Origin: an uncultured Clostridia bacterium
GTDB taxonomy: Bacteria; Bacillota; Clostridia; Oscillospirales; CAG-272
NCBI GenBank assembly: GCA_944381095.1
Contig: CALWJW010000002.1
Location: 1-53,293, forward strand
Direction of reading: 5' to 3'
Length of the DNA stretch: 53,293 bases
Part shown: in pieces, positions 36,949 through 44,449 of the stretch
Layout: each line of letters starts with the position of its first letter
Numbering within the stretch: position 1 is the stretch's first letter
The notes under the pieces: generated by a model
Told to the model about the DNA's origin: nothing
Database searches by the model: none
Seen by the model: the letters and a program-made list of their open reading frames with translations, nothing else
Translations under genes and position numbers: made by a program

Positions 36949-38307
36949 ATGGTTAAGCAAATGACTGAGGGCAGACCTTTAAAACTGATATTCGGATTTT
37001 CCGTACCGCTTATACTGGGTAATGTCATACAGCAAATGTACAGCTGGGCTGATACAATGATGGTCGGAAAACTTATCAGCAATGAGGCGCTGGCTGCTGT
37101 CGGAGCCACAGGAGCAATCACATTTCTGATTCTTGGATTTGTAAACGGAGTGACCGAGGGTTCATGTATACTTTTAGCAAGATACTTCGGAGCCGGTGAC
37201 AACAAAAATCTTCGTAAATGCGCGGTTAATCTTGTTGTAGTGTGTTGTTCGGTTGTGGCAGTGTTGACTGCTGTGGCACTCAGATTCAACCGGGAAATTC
37301 TCGATATAATGAAAACCCCTGATAACATAATAGCAGATACAGAGGCCTATTTACAGATAATATACGCCGGAATGTTCACCCTGATGCTTTATAATCTGGG
37401 TGCCGGTATACTGAGAGCGCTCGGTGACAGCAGGTCGCCGTTGTATTTTCTTGTGATCGCTTCAATATTGAATATAGTGCTGAATTATGTTTTCATAGTT
37501 TATTTTTCAATGGGAGTACGAGGCGCCGCATACGGTACCATAGTCGCTCAGCTCGTCTCGGGAATTCTCTGTTTCGTATTTATTTTTGCAAAGTGCAGAA
37601 TAATCAGACCGGAACGACCTGATCTAAAACTGCAAGGCAACCTTGTAATAAAAATATGCATGATGGGAATACCTATGGCGCTTCAATATTCCATAACTGC
37701 AATAGGCTCAATTTTTCTTCAAACCGCAATAAACAATCTCGGAAGCGATACCATAGCCGCGTTTACAGTAGGGGAGAAAGTGCTTAATTTTTCATGGGCA
37801 GTCCTTAACTGCATTGGTGTTGCCTTGGCAAACTTTTGCAGCCAGAATGTAGGAGCTATGAAAATAGACCGGGTTAAGTCAGGTGTCAAGGCAACACTGC
37901 GCATGATATTTGTTCTTACCGTCGTATTTGCATTGATTTTATTATTTTTCGGGAAATATATTGCCATGCTGTTTCTCGAAAATAATTCTGAGAACGTTCT
38001 TGAAATAATTGAAATGTTTTTCCGAATCCAGGCTCCGTGCCTTTTCGCCCTTTCTATGATCGGCGTATTCAGAAATGTAATACAAGGAACAGGATACAGT
38101 CTTCAAGCAATGCTTGCCGGTATTTTTGAGCTGGTCGGACGAAGTACCATAGCTCTCGGCTTTGTGGGAAAATACGGTTTTGTTGCTGCTTGCGTGGCAA
38201 GCCCGTGCGCTTGGATTCTTGCCGATTGTCTGCTGATACCGATGTATTTTTACGTTATGAGAAAGCTGAGCGCCAAAGCTGATTACGAAAAAACACTGTC
38301 TGCTTAG
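36949..38307 (+). CDS. MATE family efflux transporter
   Basis: 452 aa and 12-TM-like, containing PLKLIFGFSVPLILGNVIQQMYSWADTMMVG. Confidence 0.85.
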   Translation: MVKQMTEGRPLKLIFGFSVPLILGNVIQQMYSWADTMMVGKLISNEALAAVGATGAITFLILGFVNGVTEGSCILLARYFGAGDNKNLRKCAVNLVVVCCSVVAVLTAVALRFNREILDIMKTPDNIIADTEAYLQIIYAGMFTLMLYNLGAGILRALGDSRSPLYFLVIASILNIVLNYVFIVYFSMGVRGAAYGTIVAQLVSGILCFVFIFAKCRIIRPERPDLKLQGNLVIKICMMGIPMALQYSITAIGSIFLQTAINNLGSDTIAAFTVGEKVLNFSWAVLNCIGVALANFCSQNVGAMKIDRVKSGVKATLRMIFVLTVVFALILLFFGKYIAMLFLENNSENVLEIIEMFFRIQAPCLFALSMIGVFRNVIQGTGYSLQAMLAGIFELVGRSTIALGFVGKYGFVAACVASPCAWILADCLLIPMYFYVMRKLSAKADYEKTLSA

Positions 38308-38310
38308 TTA

Positions 38311-38347
38311 AAAAACCGACAAAGCGTTTGGCTTTGTCGGTTTTTTG
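38311..38347. terminator. Bidirectional terminator between the MATE gene and uxaC
   Basis: AAAAAACCGACAAAGC-GTTT-GGCTTTGTCGGTTTTTT has an A-tract and a T-tract flanking an 11-bp stem. The two genes are convergent. Confidence 0.85.
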
Positions 38348-38383
38348 CATTTTGAAATAAAAAGCATATCGAAAATTTTGTGA

Positions 38384-39799
38384 TCAGAATCCAAAGTAAT
38401 TTTTGGTATTATTGTAGCATATATCTATAACAATATTGGCAATCGCTTCAATGTCGTACGGGAACTCGCCGTTTTCGACCCATTCACCGACCAGGTTGCA
38501 AAGAATTCTTCTGAAATACTCATGACGCGGGTAAGATATAAAGCTCCTTGAATCGGTAAGCATTCCCAAGAAATTTCCGAACGACGAAAGATTGGCAAGT
38601 GTAATCATCTGAGCTCTCATACCGGTCAGATTGTCGTTGAACCACCACGCACTGCCCTGCATGAGTCTTGGCATACCGCCTTCGCTGTCACATTGATAAG
38701 AACCAAGCAGAGTGGCGACAGCCGCGTTCTCGTTCGGATCTATCGGATAAATTACGCACCTCGGCAGTCCGTCGTTCATGGTCATTCTGTCAAACAAGGA
38801 GGCGAGCGCCGATACGCTGTTTCTGCTGTTTCCTATCATGTCAAAACCGGTGTCGGCACCGAGTTTTTTATACCACACGGAATTGGGATTGCGAAGAACT
38901 CCGTAATGTATCTGCATTACAAAATGACGTTTTGTATATTCCTTTGCAAAGAAAATCAGCATTGCGGTAATGAATTTGTCGGCGTCTTCTTTTGAAGCGT
39001 TGCCGTCATTTTCATAAGCGGTGCGGAAAATCACGTCAAGTTCCTTTTCATTTTTCGGCAACAGGCAGGGAACATAGTCAAGACCGTGATCCGCTGTTTT
39101 ACAGCCGGCTTTTTCAAAAAAGTCCAGTCTGTTGATATAGGCCTGTTTTAATGTGGCAAAATCCTTGATTTCCACGCCGGATGCCTCGGAAAGCTGATCA
39201 ATGTATTTTCTGTAGCCGTCAAGATATATTTTAAGACCTTTGTCAGGGCGGAAGGCAGGAAGGACCTTAACGCCGAAATTTTTGTCATTTGCAATTTCCG
39301 AATGATACCGCAGATCGTCAATCGGGTCATCAGTCGTGCAAAGTATTTCTACGCCTGAATTTTTTACAATATTTTTTGCTGACATTTCAGGCAGAGTCAA
39401 TTTTTCATTACAAAGATTCCACACCTTGTCGCAAGTATCGGCATTGAGAACCCCGGTATAACCGAAATAGCGGATAAGTTCAAGATGTGACCAATGATAA
39501 AGAGGATTTCCTATCAGTTTAGGCATACATCCGGCATAAGCTCTGAATTTTTCATAGTCAGAGGCGTTTCCTGTAATAAGTTCTTCGCTTATACCGCATG
39601 AACGCATTGCGCGCCATTTGTAATGATCTCCGCCGAGCCAGAGTTCAGTGATGTTTCTGTATGACTTGTTTTCCGCGATCTCCTTGGGGCTGATGTGGCA
39701 ATGGTAGTCAATAATAGGTAATTTTGACGCATAATTGTCGTACAGAATTTTGGCTGTTTCGTTTTTGAGCAAAAAATCCTCATCAATAAATTTCAACAT
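38384..39799 (-). CDS. uxaC: Glucuronate isomerase
   Basis: FLLKNETAKILY and IIDYHCHISPKEI are the typical UxaC N-terminus. The start is taken at ATG 39799 after GGAGGAAATT. The ORF track extends to 39871. Confidence 0.85.
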   Translation of the reverse strand: MLKFIDEDFLLKNETAKILYDNYASKLPIIDYHCHISPKEIAENKSYRNITELWLGGDHYKWRAMRSCGISEELITGNASDYEKFRAYAGCMPKLIGNPLYHWSHLELIRYFGYTGVLNADTCDKVWNLCNEKLTLPEMSAKNIVKNSGVEILCTTDDPIDDLRYHSEIANDKNFGVKVLPAFRPDKGLKIYLDGYRKYIDQLSEASGVEIKDFATLKQAYINRLDFFEKAGCKTADHGLDYVPCLLPKNEKELDVIFRTAYENDGNASKEDADKFITAMLIFFAKEYTKRHFVMQIHYGVLRNPNSVWYKKLGADTGFDMIGNSRNSVSALASLFDRMTMNDGLPRCVIYPIDPNENAAVATLLGSYQCDSEGGMPRLMQGSAWWFNDNLTGMRAQMITLANLSSFGNFLGMLTDSRSFISYPRHEYFRRILCNLVGEWVENGEFPYDIEAIANIVIDICYNNTKNYFGF

Positions 39800-40643
39800 A
39801 ATTTCCTCCGGTATCTGAATATTTTTTGAAAATACAAAATTCAAAAGAAGCTTCGGTAGTGAGTGAGTCAAGCTTTGATAATCTTTTGTAATCTGATTCA
39901 GAAGTGTTATATCTGTATGGAGTCATATCAAACAGATCGCGTATAATACTGTTTTCAGGCAAAAATATGTTATAGCTTACACTGTAACGACTTGACTCGA
40001 TGAAAAGAGAAGATTTAAAGGACGGTGGCGGATTTTCCTTCGGATGATCATAAATCTGTTCTTTAAGCGTCCATAAATGCCGGGCTCCCGGGCTGACTGT
40101 GATGAGATAGCCGCCTTTTTTGAGTACTCTGAAAAATTCCTGTTCAGCCAAAGGTGCAAAAAGCGACAACAAAAAATCGAATTGTAAATCGGCAAAAGGG
40201 AGTTTATTTACGCTCGAAACTGAGAAATCTATATCTTTGTATTGCTTTGCAGCGGATTTGACTGCGTCTTTTGAAACATCTGTACCGTATATGTCGCAGT
40301 TTAATCCATTCAATGTCAAAGCGGATTTTAAGTTTCCGGCGTAGTATCCCTCACCACATCCGGCGTCAAGCAGGGAGAAAGCTGAGCGTGGTACAGCCAA
40401 ACCGGAAATCAGACGGGTAAGATTATCGACGATCGGAAAATATAAACCGAGTTGAAGAAACCTTCTGCGTGACCGGATCATTTCTTTTGTGTCGCCGTGA
40501 AGCCCGGATCTTTTGTTACCGAGCAGAAGATTTACATAACCTTCGGAGGAAATATCATACGAATGTCCAACAGGACATTTCAGCTGATTGCCGGTTTTAA
40601 AAAGATTCCGGCAGCATTTAGGACAAATATACGTAATTATCAC
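39783..40643 (-). CDS. rlmA: 23S rRNA (guanine-N1)-methyltransferase RlmA-like
   Basis: It has an N-terminal zinc finger (CPKC...CPVGHSYDISSEGYVNLL) and the SAM motif LDAGCGEGYY. It overlaps the uxaC start by 17 nt. Confidence 0.75.
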   Translation of the reverse strand: MIITYICPKCCRNLFKTGNQLKCPVGHSYDISSEGYVNLLLGNKRSGLHGDTKEMIRSRRRFLQLGLYFPIVDNLTRLISGLAVPRSAFSLLDAGCGEGYYAGNLKSALTLNGLNCDIYGTDVSKDAVKSAAKQYKDIDFSVSSVNKLPFADLQFDFLLSLFAPLAEQEFFRVLKKGGYLITVSPGARHLWTLKEQIYDHPKENPPPSFKSSLFIESSRYSVSYNIFLPENSIIRDLFDMTPYRYNTSESDYKRLSKLDSLTTEASFEFCIFKKYSDTGGNYVEIY

Positions 40644-40759
40644 CGCCTGACTGAATCAGTATACAACAAAAAATAATCTTTGTCAAGGCAGTTAATTAAC
40701 AAAAACGTATTGAAATAAATGGGGAGTTGATGTATAATGAAAGAAAAAACGAGGAATTT

Positions 40760-41008
40760 ATGCTGGAAAAAATAATTTCGGTTATTTCGGAGCAACTTTC
40801 GGTAGAACCTGACTCAATTACAATCGACTCGGACATAACAGATGATCTGGGCGCTGATTCTCTGGACATTATAGAACTGACCGACAGACTTGAAAAAATG
40901 TTCGGTATAACTGCAACCGACGATGAAATAATGTCGGTTGAGACTGTCGGTGACCTCGAAGAAATACTAACAAGAAAAATATCAGGAATTCATGATGAAA
41001 AATATTAA
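40760..41008 (+). CDS. Acyl carrier protein (stand-alone)
   Basis: 82 aa from ATG 40760, after GAGGAATTT. The phosphopantetheine attachment motif is LGADSLDIIEL. Confidence 0.75.
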   Translation: MLEKIISVISEQLSVEPDSITIDSDITDDLGADSLDIIELTDRLEKMFGITATDDEIMSVETVGDLEEILTRKISGIHDEKY

Positions 41009-41302
41009 ATGTCATAAGCTGTATTTTTCAAGTGTTAAGGCTATGTGAATTTTAGAGCTGAAAACCGGCGGATTTTGGAAAATAAACCGAAACACGACTT
41101 ATATCCTGAGTTATAACAATATCACAGTGCAAAAACATGTTTGGAAAATTCTCGGAAATATATACACAGTTATGAGTTTGTTTTTTTAGCTGTTTCAGTA
41201 ACAAAAATAGCTTGAATACAGAAAACGTCCCGAAACTGATGACAGATAAGGGTCCGTTTAAATAAACCACTTTAAAAACTTTCATATAGGGAGGTAATTT
41301 TC

Positions 41303-41731
41303 ATGAGCATTAAAAATACACTTAAAAAGTCTGTCAGTGAAATTAAAAATACCACAAAAAAAATTACGGATAAGGTCACTCAGGAATACAAAAAAAACAC
41401 AATTAAAGATGACATAGAGGACCTTTACACTGAACTCGGAAAAATCAGATACAGTGAAATAAGCGAGAATATTACACGTTCGGAAGAAAGCGTATCCATT
41501 TACAGTGAGATCAAAAAATTGCTGAGTGAACTTGAATCATTATCAGAAAAAAAGGAAACCGTAACTTACTGCAAAATCTGCGGCAAAAAGATTCCGGATG
41601 ATATAGTATTCTGCCCTTACTGCGGAACAAAGAGGGAAGAAGCCGACAAGGATGATCTGAAAGCAGAAAGATCTGACAAATGCGAAAACACCGAAGAAAA
41701 AAATTCAGATACGGAGAAGTCAGATGAATAA
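41303..41731 (+). CDS. Coiled-coil protein with a C-terminal zinc ribbon
   Basis: 142 aa, with CKICGKK...CPYCG (CxxC-x13-CxxC) and an acidic tail. The SD is GGGAGG. Confidence 0.65.
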   Translation: MSIKNTLKKSVSEIKNTTKKITDKVTQEYKKNTIKDDIEDLYTELGKIRYSEISENITRSEESVSIYSEIKKLLSELESLSEKKETVTYCKICGKKIPDDIVFCPYCGTKREEADKDDLKAERSDKCENTEEKNSDTEKSDE

Positions 41732-42080
41732 CCCGGTAAAAAAAGCATTGATAGCTTTTTTGGTTATTTTTCCGACGTTTGGAATAGGAAGTACACTTTA
41801 TATTTTCTTGATTTCCGATAAAATGTCTGCCGATTCCGAAAACAGAATTATTTATCCGGCAAAAGAAGCTGTTCTTAATTTGATAACGCTCGGAATTTAT
41901 GGAATAGTATGGACTTACCGCACGTCTTGTCTTATTGACAAACGTAACGGCTTTACGGAATTCAGCGCAAGTACGCTTATTTGCACACTTCTTTCCTGTT
42001 TTCCGCTTCGTTGTATATCCATGGCACTGCTTATTTACCGTCTTGATAACGCGGAAATGACAGAATACGGAGAAAACTGA
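41724..42080 (+). CDS. Small membrane protein, DUF4234-like
   Basis: 118 aa with hydrophobic helices and an LGIYGIVWTYR motif. Its start overlaps the upstream stop (ATGAATAA). Confidence 0.5.
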   Translation: MNNPVKKALIAFLVIFPTFGIGSTLYIFLISDKMSADSENRIIYPAKEAVLNLITLGIYGIVWTYRTSCLIDKRNGFTEFSASTLICTLLSCFPLRCISMALLIYRLDNAEMTEYGEN

Positions 42081-43906
42081 TGACAGCAATAGCGTGTGAA
42101 AATATTTCACTCAGTTACGGAACTGACGTAATACTGGATAAAATAACATTCAGCATAAATGAAGGTGATAAGTTAGGCATTATCGGTGTAAACGGTGCGG
42201 GTAAGACTACCCTCATAAATATACTTACCGGTGAGCTTCAGCCTGACAGCGGGAAGGTTTATCTTCCGAAAAATTTAAAAACCGGATACCTGAAACAAAA
42301 CATAGATTTTGACAGTGATAAGCCGGTTTTTTACGCGCTTTCCGATAGATTTACTTACACCGGAAGCGACGAAAACAGCTTAGAACAGCAAAAAGGCGAA
42401 TATCTCAGTCGGGTGAAAGGCTTTTTGAAAAATCTCGGATTTTCTGATGATGAGATGTATGAACTACCGCTTTCAAGTCTCAGCGGAGGTCAGAAAACGC
42501 GCGCTGCAACTGCCGCGGTACTTCTCGGTGATTACCAGCTTCTGATTCTCGACGAGCCTACTAACCACTTGGATGTAAGTGCGCTGGAATGGCTTGAGGA
42601 TTACCTGAAAGCAACAAAAAAAACACTGATAGTTATTTCTCACGACAGGTTTTTTCTTGACAAGATCACAAATAAGATTTTTGAGATAGAGAACACAAAG
42701 GGGAAATTATATGTCGGAAATTATTCGGCTTATTCTGATAAAAAAAAGAAAGACCGTGAAATTCAGGAAAGGCATTATCTGAATCAGCAAAAGGAAATAG
42801 CCAGAATAGAGGCGTTCATCGAAAATCAGCACCGCTGGAACCGTGAGCGTAACATTATTGCGGCTGAAAGCCGTGAGAAGATGTTGCAAAGAATGGTTAA
42901 AGAAGAAAAGCCGGACAGACTTCCGGAAAAGATCAAATTGAAATTTTCCACATCAGGAAGATCCGGTGACGATGTTGTAACCGTTCGGGGGATCAGTAAA
43001 AGTTACGGAGATAAGAAGCTTTTTTCCGACGTCGGATTCACTGTCAATTACCTGGACAGAGTTTTTATTTCCGGACCTAACGGGTGCGGAAAGTCTACTT
43101 TGATAAAAATTATTGCCGGAAAACTGCTTCCCGACAACGGCAGAGTTGACATAGGATATAATGTGCACCTGAGTTACTTTGATCAGGAAAATCAAGAGTT
43201 GACTGATTCTTTGACGGTAATGGATGAGCTTTGGAATACATCTCCGGGGATGTCACCCGGTCAGATTAGAGATATTCTGGCAAAATTCAGATTTTACGGT
43301 GACGACTGTTTTAAGTCGGTGGGAAAATTGTCAGGCGGAGAAAAAGCCAGGCTGACAATAGCCAAACTTATAATGTCAGACAGTAATCTTTTGATTTTGG
43401 ACGAGCCGACCAATCATCTTGATATAGGGAGCAGAGAAGCGCTTGAAGAAGCTTTGTCGGAATATGAGGGCACTATTATCGCAGTAAGTCACGATCGCTA
43501 TTTTGTTGACAAATTGGCAACAAGAATTTTGGCTTTCGGTGTTATCGAAAATGGTAAGGTTTTGGATTACAAAGGTGATTACAAGGATTTTACAGATTAT
43601 TGTTCTCATTATCTTACATTAAATATCAATAATCAAACTTCATTTGAAAAAGAAACCCAATCAAAGTCAGATTTTATCAGGCAGAAAAAACTGCTATCGG
43701 AACAGAGGAAATTTTTAAAAAAGATTGAAAAGTCCAAAGAAGAAAGCAAACAAATCGAACAAAGACTTTCAAAAATAGAGGAAGAAATATCGCTCTCAGA
43801 AACCAATCATTCCAGACTTTCCGAACTTTTTGAGGAAAAAGAAATTCTCGAAACCAAGTTACTCGATATTTATGAATTTTTAAGTAAAAATTCTGATGAT
43901 TTTTAA
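42080..43906 (+). CDS. ABC-F family ATPase (two NBDs, no membrane domain)
   Basis: Walker A motifs are GVNGAGKTT and GPNGCGKST. Signatures are LSGGQKTR and LSGGEKAR. LILDEPTNHLD occurs twice. There is an inter-NBD linker and a K/E-rich C-terminal coiled coil. The start overlaps the upstream stop (TGATG). Confidence 0.85.
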   Translation: MTAIACENISLSYGTDVILDKITFSINEGDKLGIIGVNGAGKTTLINILTGELQPDSGKVYLPKNLKTGYLKQNIDFDSDKPVFYALSDRFTYTGSDENSLEQQKGEYLSRVKGFLKNLGFSDDEMYELPLSSLSGGQKTRAATAAVLLGDYQLLILDEPTNHLDVSALEWLEDYLKATKKTLIVISHDRFFLDKITNKIFEIENTKGKLYVGNYSAYSDKKKKDREIQERHYLNQQKEIARIEAFIENQHRWNRERNIIAAESREKMLQRMVKEEKPDRLPEKIKLKFSTSGRSGDDVVTVRGISKSYGDKKLFSDVGFTVNYLDRVFISGPNGCGKSTLIKIIAGKLLPDNGRVDIGYNVHLSYFDQENQELTDSLTVMDELWNTSPGMSPGQIRDILAKFRFYGDDCFKSVGKLSGGEKARLTIAKLIMSDSNLLILDEPTNHLDIGSREALEEALSEYEGTIIAVSHDRYFVDKLATRILAFGVIENGKVLDYKGDYKDFTDYCSHYLTLNINNQTSFEKETQSKSDFIRQKKLLSEQRKFLKKIEKSKEESKQIEQRLSKIEEEISLSETNHSRLSELFEEKEILETKLLDIYEFLSKNSDDF

Positions 43907-44022
43907 TTTTTAACATATATTTATTTTGTGTTTTGTAGGTATCCGAATACAAAAATCGACTGGCAGGTCGTCACCATTTTACCACAAAAGGAGATTCCTT
44001 TCATCGGTTAACCTCTTCTCAA

Positions 44023-44050
44023 CCACGCGACTATCGCGTGGTTTTCTGTT
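44023..44050 (+). terminator. Intrinsic terminator after the ABC-F gene
   Basis: CCACGCGA-CTA-TCGCGTGG followed by TTTTCTGTTT. Confidence 0.7.
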
Positions 44051-44054
44051 TACA

Positions 44055-44095
44055 AAAAGCCGCCGAGGATGAATTGTCCTCGGCGGCGCATTTTT
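44055..44095. repeat. GC-rich hairpin A (left boundary of the cassette; also terminator-like)
   Basis: AAAAGCCGCCGAGGA-TGAATTG-TCCTCGGCGGC followed by GCATTTTTC. The 15-nt left arm and the 10-nt right arm are identical to the copy at 50099-50131. Confidence 0.85.
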
Positions 44096-44151
44096 CATTT
44101 AATCAAAATCATTCATAACTTTTTTGCTAATCAGAAATTCATCAATATCTA

Positions 44152-44180
44152 TTGACATTTTTTCAAAAATATGCTACTCT
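44152..44180 (+). promoter_or_regulatory. Candidate cassette promoter
   Basis: TTGACA (44152-44157), 17-nt spacer, weak -10 TACTCT (44175-44180). Confidence 0.35.
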
Positions 44181-44225
44181 ATTTAGGCAATCAAATTACA
44201 AATTTACCGAAATGAGGTGACGAAC

Positions 44226-44306
44226 ATGAAAAAGAATACGATTATGACGATTTTGTTTAAGAGTGCGTATATCTCCATGTCTGTTGCCGCCGGTGAAATT
44301 TTGTAA
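44226..44306 (+). CDS. 26-codon upstream ORF (leader peptide or small hydrophobic peptide)
   Basis: A GAGGTGA SD lies 5 nt before the ATG. The peptide is MKKNTIMTILFKSAYISMSVAAGEIL. It is followed by a hairpin plus U-run. It is too short for the supplied ORF track. Confidence 0.45.
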   Translation: MKKNTIMTILFKSAYISMSVAAGEIL

Positions 44307-44320
44307 TTTCGGCAAAGAAT

Positions 44321-44449
44321 ATGGCTTTTTCACGTGCCCTTATCAAAGGGCGAGTTTTTGTTTGTGCGCCAAAAATAAAATACAAAATCGTCCTTCTTGA
44401 TGTAATGCGATTGCAAATCAAAATGCGTAAGAAGGCGATATTTTTATGA
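44321..44449 (+). CDS. 42-codon basic upstream ORF ending in an ATGA overlap with the ATPase start
   Basis: The peptide is MAFSRALIKGRVFVCAPKIKYKIVLLDVMRLQIKMRKKAIFL. The SD is weak. The frame runs through both leader hairpins, and its TGA (44447-44449) overlaps ATG 44446. It could be a chance open frame in AT-rich DNA. Confidence 0.3.
   Translation: MAFSRALIKGRVFVCAPKIKYKIVLLDVMRLQIKMRKKAIFL
44335..44364 (+). terminator. Attenuator-like hairpin plus U-run in the cassette leader
   Basis: GCCCTT-ATCA-AAGGGC (44336-44351) followed by GAGTTTTTGTTTG. The short stem suggests a leaky terminator. Confidence 0.5.

Noticed and set aside
36617-36964. A 115-aa ORF (and the nested 60-aa and 70-aa ORFs) in the AT-rich fucosidase-MATE intergenic region.
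   Set aside because: It spans a perfect intrinsic terminator (36775-36808) and a promoter region, has no SD, and its composition is phenylalanine/isoleucine/leucine-rich as expected from AT-rich non-coding DNA.
41052-41285. A 77-aa minus-strand ORF between the ACP and zinc-ribbon genes.
   Set aside because: It has no SD and a hydrophobic low-complexity translation. It occupies what is most simply the promoter and leader region of the zinc-ribbon operon.
41511-42110. A 199-aa minus-strand ORF antisense to the zinc-ribbon/DUF4234 genes.
   Set aside because: It is a shadow ORF opposite well-supported, SD-preceded, overlap-coupled plus-strand genes, and its translation is low-complexity and basic. 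The same reasoning applies to 17200-17709(+), 7736-8191(-), 22289-22744(-), 25839-26306(+), 27817-28311(+), 35293-35871(-), 18459-18902(+) and 52710-53192(+).
43921-44004. A minus-strand 27-codon ORF (MKGISFCGKMVTTCQSIFVFGYLQNTK) with an AGAGG SD-like element, just left of the cassette.
   Set aside because: On that strand it lies immediately downstream of two terminator hairpins with no promoter. It is a chance-length ORF in AT-rich DNA and nothing else supports it.
44226-44306. The 26-aa peptide as a classical bacteriocin or lantibiotic precursor.
   Set aside because: It has no Cys, Ser or Thr-rich core and no double-glycine or other recognisable leader cleavage motif. The exporters lack a C39 peptidase domain and no known RiPP maturase family is present. 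I kept it only as an open alternative in the leader finding.
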